Of a stretch of 64,000 nucleotides of DNA, positions 53,759 to 62,255 are shown in pieces (the first letter of the stretch is position 1; each line of letters begins with the position of its first letter). A model generated the notes under the pieces. It did no database searches. It saw only the letters and a list, made by a program, of their open reading frames with translations, and had not been told where the DNA came from. The position numbers and the translations under genes are program-made. Source of the DNA: Nanobdellota archaeon (GTDB taxonomy: Archaea > Nanobdellota > Nanobdellia > Pacearchaeales > GW2011-AR1); NCBI GenBank assembly GCA_049324275.1, contig JBMOLG010000006.1:118056-182055 (forward strand), given 5' to 3'.

Positions 53759-54949
53759 ATGAATTATAATGATGCAGGGATAGACAGGAACGCAAAAAGA
53801 CAGGCCTCTGAAATTTTTTACGAAGCTTCAAAAAAAACTTGGAGCAATAGAAAAGATCGATTTGGAGAAGTAGCTATTCTATTTGATAATTTTTCCGGAT
53901 TGAGATCAATAAAAATAGGAAAATTGTCAGGGGACTTAAATATTGGCTCTGGTGCAGATGGAACAGGAACAAAGCTAGAGGTTGCCCAAATGATGAACCA
54001 GTATGATACAGTTGCATATGATTTATTTGCGATGATTTGCGACGACGCAATTGTCAGGGGGGCTGAACCATTCTCTGTGCTGACAAATCTTAATGTTAGA
54101 ACTTTTTCTGAAAATGGGGAAGATTACATGTGTTATATTCAACAATTAGCAGACGGGATGGTTAATGCAGCACAGGAATCAGGAGTTGCTGTAATTAACG
54201 GAGAGATAGCTGATATGCCTGATGTTATTACTGGCTATTCAAAGCTTCCAAGGGTTTTTCATCGCATTAATCAAGCCATAAAATATGCCGCTTTTGGAAA
54301 ACCAATTGTTAACCCCGGATTTCATTTTGATTGGAATGGTGTTGTAAATTGGGTTGCAAGGGAAGATAGATTATTCTCAGGGCTTGAAATTAAAGCAGGT
54401 GATAAACTTGTAGCATTAAAAGAGCATGGATTTAGATCAAATGGTTTGACACTTGCAAGAAAAATATTAGCTAAGGAACATGGTAAAGAATGGCATAAAG
54501 AAAATATTTATGACAAAACATTAGGAGAACAAGTCTTATTGCCTTCAAAAATATATTGCAAGGCAGTTAGTGAGATGTTAGGGGGATATGATAAAGATCC
54601 AAAAGCAGAAATTCATGGGATTGCTCATATAACCGGGGAAGGAATACCAGGAAAATTAGGAAGAATACTTAAGCCAAGCGAATTAGGAGCATATATAGAT
54701 TCCCCATTTTATCCATGTAAAGCAATGCTGTATTGCCAAGAAAAAGGTCACGTAAATGATATAGAGGCTTACAACACATGGAACATGGGGCAGGGAATGA
54801 TAATTATTACTCCCTCGCCTAATGAAATAATTAAGGTTGCAGAAAACCATAGTATTAGATCAAAGATTATTGGCGAGATTACAACAGGAGAATATATTGT
54901 TATAAAAAGTCAGGGATTCTTTTCTGAATGCCAAGAACTGTATTTTTGA
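53759..54949 (+). CDS. purM: PurM-like AIR synthase family protein (phosphoribosylformylglycinamidine cyclo-ligase-like)
   Basis: YNDAGIDRNA..., GADGTGTKLEVAQ, DLFAMICDDAIVRGAEP, GIAHITGEGIPGKL. It is longer (396 aa) than a typical PurM. Confidence 0.75.
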   Translation: MNYNDAGIDRNAKRQASEIFYEASKKTWSNRKDRFGEVAILFDNFSGLRSIKIGKLSGDLNIGSGADGTGTKLEVAQMMNQYDTVAYDLFAMICDDAIVRGAEPFSVLTNLNVRTFSENGEDYMCYIQQLADGMVNAAQESGVAVINGEIADMPDVITGYSKLPRVFHRINQAIKYAAFGKPIVNPGFHFDWNGVVNWVAREDRLFSGLEIKAGDKLVALKEHGFRSNGLTLARKILAKEHGKEWHKENIYDKTLGEQVLLPSKIYCKAVSEMLGGYDKDPKAEIHGIAHITGEGIPGKLGRILKPSELGAYIDSPFYPCKAMLYCQEKGHVNDIEAYNTWNMGQGMIIITPSPNEIIKVAENHSIRSKIIGEITTGEYIVIKSQGFFSECQELYF

Positions 54950-55002
54950 TTATATGCTTTTATTATTAAGAAAGCTTATAAATTCCTTAAAAATACAAAA
55001 AT

Positions 55003-55317
55003 ATGGAAAACTCATTTTACACTTCTGTCATAAATATTTTTTATAAAAAATCTCAGGATTTATTTGATGAAACAATACGACAGTTTCAAAAAGAGTTATC
55101 TGTTAAGTCACAAGTGGAAACATTTGTAAAACCCGGCACAATTGTAACATTAATAAATCAATTAGATGAAAAAATAAAGCCATTAAATGAATTAGGAGAA
55201 GCAATAGCAAAACAGTATGATCAGGAATATATCCCTATCTCAACTACAGACATTAGAGATCGTTTATGGGAATTATATAATAAGAGAATTAATTTTGAAA
55301 AAAATTATTTTATTTAA
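55003..55317 (+). CDS. hypothetical protein (104 aa)
   Basis: CTTATAAA lies 20 nt upstream. No motif recognised. Confidence 0.4.
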   Translation: MENSFYTSVINIFYKKSQDLFDETIRQFQKELSVKSQVETFVKPGTIVTLINQLDEKIKPLNELGEAIAKQYDQEYIPISTTDIRDRLWELYNKRINFEKNYFI

Positions 55318-56087
55318 AATTTATCAAGATCTAAATCTTCAGCAGAAATCTCATTTTCATCTTCCATATCTGAATCAAATTTGTTTGGATCAAATTCTTC
55401 TTGTTCAATTTCTTTCTGTCTTTTTTCTTTTTCTTTTTTCATATCCACTAAATCATTTAATGTAACATTTTTCAAGCGTTCTTTTTTTGAAAAATCAAGA
55501 TTTCCCTTGGAAATTTCTTTTACCGCTTCTTTCTTGCCTTTTGATTTTTCCAATCTTTCAAAAGCCGAAATTTTCCTATTTGCTTGAGTATACTCCGGCT
55601 TGGCTTCTTCTTTCTCTTTCTTTAGAAGTTTGACATTTAATGCAATCTCAATGTTTTTTATTATTTGTTCAAAATTTTTAGGCAAAAGCCCTTTTTCAAT
55701 GTTCAATAAAGTCACTTCAGAGGTCCCTATTTTTTGAGCAAGCTGGCTTAAAGGAATCTTTTGTCTTCTTCTTGTCATTTGTATTATCCAAAAATAGTTT
55801 GGAATTAGATTGTTAGCTTCTTGTTTTTTCTCAGGAAATCTTATCTTAGCCAAGTTTTTAGTTGCAATGGTTTGATCGTGGCTTATCCTATTTAATCCTG
55901 AAATATTTTCCATCCTTTCACGGACAGTAGGTCTTATATCTGCCTTTTGCAATTGTTCAGAAGTAGGTTTTCTTATCAATAATACATCTTCAATATTTGC
56001 GCAGTTTCTGCAGACTTTAACAATTTTGTTATCATAGATTCCTTCATGAAATTCTATGTCCTCTTTTCTGCAAATGTCGCATCTCAT
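55314..56087 (-). CDS. MBF1-like protein: N-terminal zinc ribbon plus Cro/C1 HTH, with a long K/E/D-rich C-terminal extension
   Basis: MRCDICRK...VCRNC, then RRRQKIPLSQLAQKIGTSEVTLLNIEKG, the archaeal MBF1 architecture. An extra ~100-aa charged tail follows. Confidence 0.65.
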   Translation of the reverse strand: MRCDICRKEDIEFHEGIYDNKIVKVCRNCANIEDVLLIRKPTSEQLQKADIRPTVRERMENISGLNRISHDQTIATKNLAKIRFPEKKQEANNLIPNYFWIIQMTRRRQKIPLSQLAQKIGTSEVTLLNIEKGLLPKNFEQIIKNIEIALNVKLLKKEKEEAKPEYTQANRKISAFERLEKSKGKKEAVKEISKGNLDFSKKERLKNVTLNDLVDMKKEKEKRQKEIEQEEFDPNKFDSDMEDENEISAEDLDLDKF

Positions 56088-56215
56088 AAAAAAATTAGAA
56101 AAAATTGATTTTTAATATTTGTGGTGATAGAGTATAGAGACATTTTTCCAATTTTTAATGATTTTTTTGTATCTTCGTCGGAAAATTTAAAATAGGTTTA
56201 TTTATTTTTTCTAAA

Positions 56216-56866
56216 TTAATCAATTTCTGCATTTATTTTTTCTAAATCTTCAAGCCTTGTGATTGTTAAATTTTCATCAACAATTATTGAAGTCTCTTTG
56301 ATATTATAAGTATTAGCTAACAAATCAACTGAAGTAAGATTTAAGTTTCTTGCAATAGGTATTAGAACGATGTTATTTCCCTGCTCCTGTTTTAAATCAT
56401 ACAAAAATTTGGAAAACACATATTGCTTTGTTTTTTCTTCTGATGTTTTAGGATTGTAATCATATAAGTAAACTACCGTATGGAATTGGTCATTGCATTT
56501 TTCTTTTATTCTTATGCTGTTTACCCAGAATAATGCTCTAAGTGCATCATATCTTCTATGGTGCTCAAGCAAAACATCGGTTAATTTCCCTGCTCCTTCA
56601 TATCTGCCCAGGATTTCTGCATCTTTGTAAATTTCATCCCCAAATTCAATATTCTTTTGAATAATCTGTGCACAATTGATATTGTTTAGGTTTAAAATTT
56701 CTGTTTGAACTCTTATATCCAAAAGATTAATTTCTGATTGAAGATAAATCTCAGAAATATCTGAAGCCCGCCCATTCTCTATGTAAATGCCTAATAAAAT
56801 TCCCAATCCAAAGATAAACAATGTAATCAAAAGTGCTTCCCAAAATATGTGCTTATTGTTTAACAT
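56216..56866 (-). CDS. membrane-anchored hypothetical protein (216 aa) downstream of the PgaC-like synthase
   Basis: N-terminal TM helix (FWEALLITLFIFGLGILLGIYI). It starts 1 nt after the GT2 stop. Confidence 0.5.
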   Translation of the reverse strand: MLNNKHIFWEALLITLFIFGLGILLGIYIENGRASDISEIYLQSEINLLDIRVQTEILNLNNINCAQIIQKNIEFGDEIYKDAEILGRYEGAGKLTDVLLEHHRRYDALRALFWVNSIRIKEKCNDQFHTVVYLYDYNPKTSEEKTKQYVFSKFLYDLKQEQGNNIVLIPIARNLNLTSVDLLANTYNIKETSIIVDENLTITRLEDLEKINAEID

Positions 56867-56867
56867 T

Positions 56868-58097
56868 TTACCATTTTAAGTCCTTTTTTAATAATCTCCA
56901 TATTGCAGTTACCATTACAAATGGATAAACTGAAAGATAAATTAACATATAAAACAAGATATTAAAAATATTTCTCTTATTTAAAAGGTCTTCTTTCATC
57001 AAAAATAAAATTCCAAAAGTGTAAATTGCACCTAAGATGAATAAAACTAGGCCTAGATAATTTAATACGGACGGAGTAAAATAAAATTGATTCAAGGTAA
57101 CTACTGCTGTATCTGCAATAAATGAAAATTTAATCCGGAGGTATTCAGTGATTACTCTATTAACTATGAGATAAGTGAATATAGACAACCCTGCCAGCCC
57201 TAAAAAACTCGAAAGCACAAAAAGCGGAAGAATAAACAATCCAACAATATTTCTGCTCTTAATCTCTTTTTTATGTTTCCATATAGTTTGCATTCCGCCT
57301 ATATTCCATCTTTGCCTTTGCCTGAACCAATCTTTAAATCTCGACGGGACAGTAGTTGTTACATTTGTATCAAGGCACATTTTTCTTTCCCAGCCTTTAA
57401 CAGCGAGATGCCAGGAAGCTTCAATATCCTGAGTCATATTTTTTTCATCAAATCCGCCAATCTCTGCTAGGGCTTTTTTTCTATATAATCCCAAAGGGCC
57501 TGGTGTCACATAAATTGCATCTACATATTCAAGCAACTTTCTTGCTATAACAATTACGTTATATTCTATTGCCTGAAGCTTTTCAAAGAATGTATCTTTA
57601 TTTCTTGCTAAAACTGGACATGTGACTGCACCAACTTTTTCGCTTTCAAAAAAGCCAATCATCTTTCGAATAGCCTCTTTAGCGGGGTAAGAATCATCAT
57701 CTGTGATTGCAATTATTTCACCCTGTGCTATTTTCAGCCCGACATTTTGAGCTTTTGCTGCATTTCCAAGATTTTTGCTGTTGTTGATTAATTTTAATTT
57801 TGGATATTTTTTCTGAAGATTTTCAACAACTTCTTTTGTATTATCTTTTGAACAATCATTGACAACAATAACTTCTAGAATATTTGAATAATCTGAATCA
57901 AATATTGCATTAACTGTATTTTCTATTGTCTTTCCCGCATTATAAGCAGGAATTATAACTGAAACCGACGGATTTTTAGTTGAAACAGAGAATTTAAACA
58001 TGTATTTTCTATTTTTTAAGTAAAGCAAGAAGAAGAAAGACAAAAAATAAAGTGATATAAACATATAAGTAAGGTAAACATATGAAAGCCATTCCAT
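56868..58097 (-). CDS. Processive family-2 glycosyltransferase, PgaC/IcaA-like (poly-HexNAc synthase-like)
   Basis: VSVIIPAYNAG, VVNDCSKDNT, AITDDDS, MTQDIEASWHL (TED-type motif) and RQRQRWNIGG (QxxRW). It has N- and C-terminal TM helices. Confidence 0.8.
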   Translation of the reverse strand: MEWLSYVYLTYMFISLYFLSFFFLLYLKNRKYMFKFSVSTKNPSVSVIIPAYNAGKTIENTVNAIFDSDYSNILEVIVVNDCSKDNTKEVVENLQKKYPKLKLINNSKNLGNAAKAQNVGLKIAQGEIIAITDDDSYPAKEAIRKMIGFFESEKVGAVTCPVLARNKDTFFEKLQAIEYNVIVIARKLLEYVDAIYVTPGPLGLYRKKALAEIGGFDEKNMTQDIEASWHLAVKGWERKMCLDTNVTTTVPSRFKDWFRQRQRWNIGGMQTIWKHKKEIKSRNIVGLFILPLFVLSSFLGLAGLSIFTYLIVNRVITEYLRIKFSFIADTAVVTLNQFYFTPSVLNYLGLVLFILGAIYTFGILFLMKEDLLNKRNIFNILFYMLIYLSVYPFVMVTAIWRLLKKDLKW

Positions 58098-58642
58098 TAT
58101 TCTTCCTCTTTTGTTTTATTTAAATTTTGAACATTAAAATATTCATAAAATTCCTCGGATAAAGACAATATATTTGTATGCCCTTCCTTTTTCGAAATTA
58201 TCAAATTCAATTCAGAAAATCTCTTTATATGATCGTAAGCTTTATTGCCCCTGATTTTTATTATGACTGATTGCTTTACCGGCTGTTTATATGCAATAAC
58301 TGCGAGCGTCTCTTGTTCTGCTTTTGTAAATTCTGTTGTTCCTGCTGCAAGCCGATTGATTAAAAAATGATATTTTTCAGCAACATCCATCTTCCAATTT
58401 TGACTTCTATTAATCAATCTAATGGCTCCTGTTGAATATTTTTTTTCAAGCTTATTCAAAATTTCCTTTAACATTATTGGATTGACATCTGTAAGCATAA
58501 TCAAATCCTGGAAACTTAAAAATTTTCCAGATATAAATAATGCAGCTTCAACTCTTTCAAGAGCTTCAATTTCTTTTTCATCAAAAATATTGTCCAATTC
58601 TTCAGCTGTTTCTTTTGTTATGATAGTCTCTTTTTTTTCCAT
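58097..58642 (-). CDS. scpB: Segregation and condensation protein B (ScpB)
   Basis: LEAALFISGKFLSFQDLIMLT...LEKKY..GAIRLIN....WKM and a second wH (LAVIAYKQPVKQSVIIKIRG). Confidence 0.8.
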   Translation of the reverse strand: MEKKETIITKETAEELDNIFDEKEIEALERVEAALFISGKFLSFQDLIMLTDVNPIMLKEILNKLEKKYSTGAIRLINRSQNWKMDVAEKYHFLINRLAAGTTEFTKAEQETLAVIAYKQPVKQSVIIKIRGNKAYDHIKRFSELNLIISKKEGHTNILSLSEEFYEYFNVQNLNKTKEEE

Positions 58643-58832
58643 ATTCTTCTATAGAAGATTAGATTTTAAAGTTTTATCATTGATTTATTTGGTTTAAAAT
58701 TGATTAATTCAATGAAAGTTTATTCAATTCTCTAATAAATTTTCAGCAATCTAATTTTCTGAATAATGGATAAAAGCTTCATTGTGGGTTGTGGAGAAAG
58801 TTTTAAAAATATTCTTTATTTACCTTCTCAAA

Positions 58833-59195
58833 ATGAAATTTGGAATTACAAGAGAAGAATTAAGGAGAATGCACCCGGAATATGATTCACTAAGTGCATT
58901 TGAAAAATTAAAGATGGAATCTAAATATCATACTAATGCTGGAAATTTTATTAAAGACTGCGGTTATATTGGAACTCTTGCAGGAGCAATATTATCCCCC
59001 CTTGTTATTTATTCTTTATATAAGCAAGGTTGTACCATAACAAAACCTGATTTTTTAAGTTATTTAGCAGGGGAAGTTTTATTCTCAACATTTAGCTTTC
59101 ATCTAGGAGCAGGAATTGGACAATTTACTTATGAGCTATTTGGTGAAGAAGGGGAATATAATCTCTTTGAATTATTAGGGAAGAAAAAAATATAG
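58833..59195 (+). CDS. hypothetical membrane protein (120 aa)
   Basis: Start at the ATG 21 nt after TAAAAATA 58804-58811. Two hydrophobic segments. Confidence 0.4.
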   Translation: MKFGITREELRRMHPEYDSLSAFEKLKMESKYHTNAGNFIKDCGYIGTLAGAILSPLVIYSLYKQGCTITKPDFLSYLAGEVLFSTFSFHLGAGIGQFTYELFGEEGEYNLFELLGKKKI

Positions 59196-59202
59196 ATAAT
59201 TA

Positions 59203-59580
59203 TTATTTTTTTAAGGCATAAGTATCTGTGGGCATTCCATTCCAATCAATTCTTTGAAGATAATCAAATTCTCTAAAACCGATTTTAGACAATTGATTTA
59301 ATGTCTCAATCTTGTTATGATAAGTAAAAATAAATAATCCATTTTTCTTTAATATGCGATAAGTTTCTTTAATAATATCATAAGATTCATCGTGCCCTTT
59401 TATAGATTTTATTGTTAATCCATCGCCAAATAACTTCTTTAGCTTATCATTCAATTTCAGGCTCAAATCTTCATTAAATAATTCTTCAATTAAGTATCCT
59501 GCATATGCAATATCAAATGAATTGCTTGAGTTGCAGAAGGGATATTTACTGCAGTCGCGAACTATATGGAAGATAATCAA
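59203..59580 (-). pseudogene. C-terminal half of a class I SAM methyltransferase; the N-terminal SAM-binding motifs are missing
   Basis: FDIAYAGYLIEELF ... ETYRILKKNGLFIFTYHN fit post-motif-I blocks. The only possible start is TTG. None of the three upstream minus frames encodes a GxGxG motif. Confidence 0.4.
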
Positions 59581-59878
59581 ACATTAATTAAAAATTGGGG
59601 TCCGATTATTGGAGGAAAAAATTCTGCACAAGTAGACTCAATTGCAGCCACGATGGCAAAGATAGATATTAATAATATATGTTATTTCCCTTTAACAATT
59701 CAAACATTTGGAGATTTTGATCATTCTGTTTTATCACAAATCCCTAAGGGATATATTAAGGAATTAAAATAAATACTTTAAGAATATTCGTTTGCATATA
59801 CCTTACTTTAGCTGTTGTGTATGCAAATCCACTTTTGCAAATAGAAGAAGACTTGACAAAAAATAATCACATAAGAAT

Positions 59879-60973
59879 TTATATAGAAATAGCATATCTC
59901 AACAATCCTCCGATCCCGCCAATATTATCGAATTGAACTCCTTCCGGAGTATCTTTGCTTACAATCTCCACTTCTGCAGAGGTTTGCTGAGCAAGTTCAG
60001 AAAAATGTTTTATTTTTTCTCTTGGAAGCGTTTTTGATAAAATTAATTTTCCTACTGCACCTTGATTTAATCTCTCTTCGACCTCTGCCTCACCATAAGC
60101 AACTTTCTCAGGTTCTTTTGCCAACGCTGCGAAAAATTCATCGAGAATCTTTTTTTGTTTTGTTATTTCCTGCTCAGCTAAAACATCCTGGCAGGCTTCT
60201 ACTAAAGCCTTCAATCCGGGCAATTCAGTATCTCCAATGTCCCTAACAGCAATAACTTTATCTTTCAAAGCAGTTGCAAGGTTTCCAGTTTCCAAAAATT
60301 CTTCTTTGGTAGGAATTGGCCCGCCAACTAAAATTCCTTTTAACTTTTTATTTTCAAAAAATTGATTCTTCATATCTTCTGCAACCCTTCTAAAAAATTC
60401 TTTTGCAAGTCCTTCTGTAATTCTATGAAAACGCTGTGAAGACTGCCCTCCTGCCCTAACCTTTCCCGGAACCCCGGAAGTCAAGTGCTGCAAAATCTTG
60501 ATTGTCTTTCCTTCCAACAGCCCTATTGTAGCCTCTTTTCTTTCAATAATTAATAAACCATAAATTTCATCAGTCTCAAGCATTTCTTTTAACGGGTCCA
60601 ATACAAAAGTCTGGTCACATCTATACAATTTGACTTTCAATGGTTTTGGGGGTTCGATACTCCACAATTTAATATCTTCCTGGCCTTCAACTTCAGAAAC
60701 ATTACCGCAAAAAATCGCAATCCCATTTTCAGGCGTTCTTTCTATTAATTTCAATTGTCTTGAAATTCTTTCCAATGAATCCAAAACTGCCTTCCTTGTA
60801 TTCTTGCTTTTAATATTAGTTGCAGTTCCTTTTTCTGTTTCAATCTGCTTTCCAGTTTGGCTCATTGTATAGCCTGCAGGAATATAAACCGTGACAAGTT
60901 CAGTATGCCTTCCTCGGCAATTCTCAAGTTCTTTTAGCAACTCTTCAAGCTCGTATCTTTTTGCTTCATCCAT
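59879..60973 (-). CDS. prf1: Peptide chain release factor aRF1
   Basis: NIKS (TATNIKSK), GGQ (RAGGQSSQRF) and a C-terminal GIGGLLRY. Confidence 0.92.
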   Translation of the reverse strand: MDEAKRYELEELLKELENCRGRHTELVTVYIPAGYTMSQTGKQIETEKGTATNIKSKNTRKAVLDSLERISRQLKLIERTPENGIAIFCGNVSEVEGQEDIKLWSIEPPKPLKVKLYRCDQTFVLDPLKEMLETDEIYGLLIIERKEATIGLLEGKTIKILQHLTSGVPGKVRAGGQSSQRFHRITEGLAKEFFRRVAEDMKNQFFENKKLKGILVGGPIPTKEEFLETGNLATALKDKVIAVRDIGDTELPGLKALVEACQDVLAEQEITKQKKILDEFFAALAKEPEKVAYGEAEVEERLNQGAVGKLILSKTLPREKIKHFSELAQQTSAEVEIVSKDTPEGVQFDNIGGIGGLLRYAISI

Positions 60974-60994
60974 GTTTTCTTAAGAAGAAAGAGG

Positions 60995-61002
60995 TTTATA
61001 AA
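60995..61002 (-). promoter_or_regulatory. TATA box TTTATAAA of aRF1
   Basis: Exactly 21 nt separate it from ATG 60973. Confidence 0.6.
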
Positions 61003-61042
61003 AGTTAATAAGAACAGATTAGGCAATTATTTAAGAATTTAT

Positions 61043-61615
61043 TTAATCGTAAATATGAATTTCCATATCTTTCAAAAAACTACTCTCCTCAATAAGATTC
61101 TTTAGAATTTGAGGATAAGCATATCCTAAAATGCGTCTTCTTTTTCTTGAAAGATCATTAAATTGGCTCATGATCTTTCCCAAATCCCCTTTAATATTGC
61201 TTATCTCAACCAATCTTTTTAGCATAGCATAGCCAAAATAGTGGATTTGATTAGTTTCTTTTTTGTTAATTTTGCTTTTCCCATATTTCCAGAAATGGAT
61301 CACATTATCACCATGCCCATCAAAGTAGTACAAACATCCACTAAATTGATAAGGATTATATCCCAATGTTGAAAAGATTATATGGCTTGGCGGATTTTCT
61401 TTGTCCTCAAATTCAAAATCTTTTTCAGAAAATCTATGGTTGGAAATAAGTTTTTCAATGTTAAAAAAAGCCATGCCTTGCGGGCACATCAATACATTTG
61501 AATTTGTTAACGATTCTGCTATTTTTAATTTATATAATTCATCAAGATAATAATTAAAACCAGTTCTGATTTCTCTCGGAAGATTATCTAATTCAGGCAT
61601 CTCTATTTTTACCAT
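61043..61615 (-). CDS. hypothetical protein (190 aa)
   Basis: ATG ORF. Its promoter carries the shared 20-nt motif. Confidence 0.5.
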   Translation of the reverse strand: MVKIEMPELDNLPREIRTGFNYYLDELYKLKIAESLTNSNVLMCPQGMAFFNIEKLISNHRFSEKDFEFEDKENPPSHIIFSTLGYNPYQFSGCLYYFDGHGDNVIHFWKYGKSKINKKETNQIHYFGYAMLKRLVEISNIKGDLGKIMSQFNDLSRKRRRILGYAYPQILKNLIEESSFLKDMEIHIYD

Positions 61616-61648
61616 TCAAAAATAAAAATCAAAACAATTAAAAATTAG

Positions 61649-61668
61649 TGTTGTCATAGCTATGATGA
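61649..61668. promoter_or_regulatory. Motif copy 1: TGTTGTCATAGCTATGATGA (core palindrome TCATAGCTATGA)
   Basis: It lies 4 nt upstream of the TATA-like box (61637-61644) of gene 61043-61615. 19 of 20 nt are identical to 62235-62254. Confidence 0.45.
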
Positions 61669-61707
61669 TTAAAAAGAAAAGAAAAAAATAAAAAATTAAC
61701 TTTGAGT

Positions 61708-62121
61708 TCATCTTTTTCTGCTATTCTTGTAACGCTCATGTATCATTAAGACAGATTTATATTCTTCATAATCATAAGCTTTACTTGAAATTGTATCGTT
61801 ACGCCTTTTAGAATTGAAATGATACCCTCCACCATCAAGATATTTTCCATTTACATAGGCTTCTGCAACCAAAGTATTGTTTTCTCGGGATTCACTTAAT
61901 TTTAATTCGATTATATCACTTCCAATGCTATAAACCTTATCAAATTCGTCTCCCTTTCTTCTATCTCCAACTTTATCCACTGTAAATTTTTCGCGGTCAT
62001 ATCTTTCTAGCATTCTTCGTGTGCTCTCTCTTTGTCTTTCTCTTTCTAAGGCATCATCTTCTTCTTTCCAGCGTTGTTCAAACATATGAAACATTCCTGG
62101 TTCGTACTCTATCATTTTCAT
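61708..62121 (-). CDS. hypothetical charged protein (137 aa)
   Basis: ATG ORF with GGAGG 3 nt upstream. Confidence 0.5.
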   Translation of the reverse strand: MKMIEYEPGMFHMFEQRWKEEDDALERERQRESTRRMLERYDREKFTVDKVGDRRKGDEFDKVYSIGSDIIELKLSESRENNTLVAEAYVNGKYLDGGGYHFNSKRRNDTISSKAYDYEEYKSVLMIHERYKNSRKR

Positions 62122-62234
62122 TTTCCTCCATTGTTGACCTTTCGGCCTGCATCATTGCGTCGTGCTCATTTTTCATTTTATTTAATTTAATATCTTTACT
62201 TCAATATAGTAGTAACGAATATTATATAAATAAA

Positions 62235-62254
62235 TGTTGTCATAGATATGATGA
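62235..62254. promoter_or_regulatory. Motif copy 2: TGTTGTCATAGATATGATGA
   Basis: It exactly fills the gap between the TATA-like box (62227-62234) and ATG 62256 of TrmB paralogue D. Confidence 0.45.
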
Positions 62255-62255
62255 C

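Noticed and set aside
59566-59772. 68-aa plus-strand ORF between the methyltransferase fragment and aRF1
   Set aside because: It has no TATA at the canonical distance, overlaps the fragment's 5' end and shows no recognisable motif. It may be real, but it is unsupported.
62019-62255. N-terminal 79-codon extension of the TrmB paralogue D ORF as given in the track (320 aa)
   Set aside because: The extension is antisense to gene 61708-62121 and reads as low-complexity sequence. The paralogue alignment, the TATA-like box at 62227-62234 and the ATG at 62256 support the short form.
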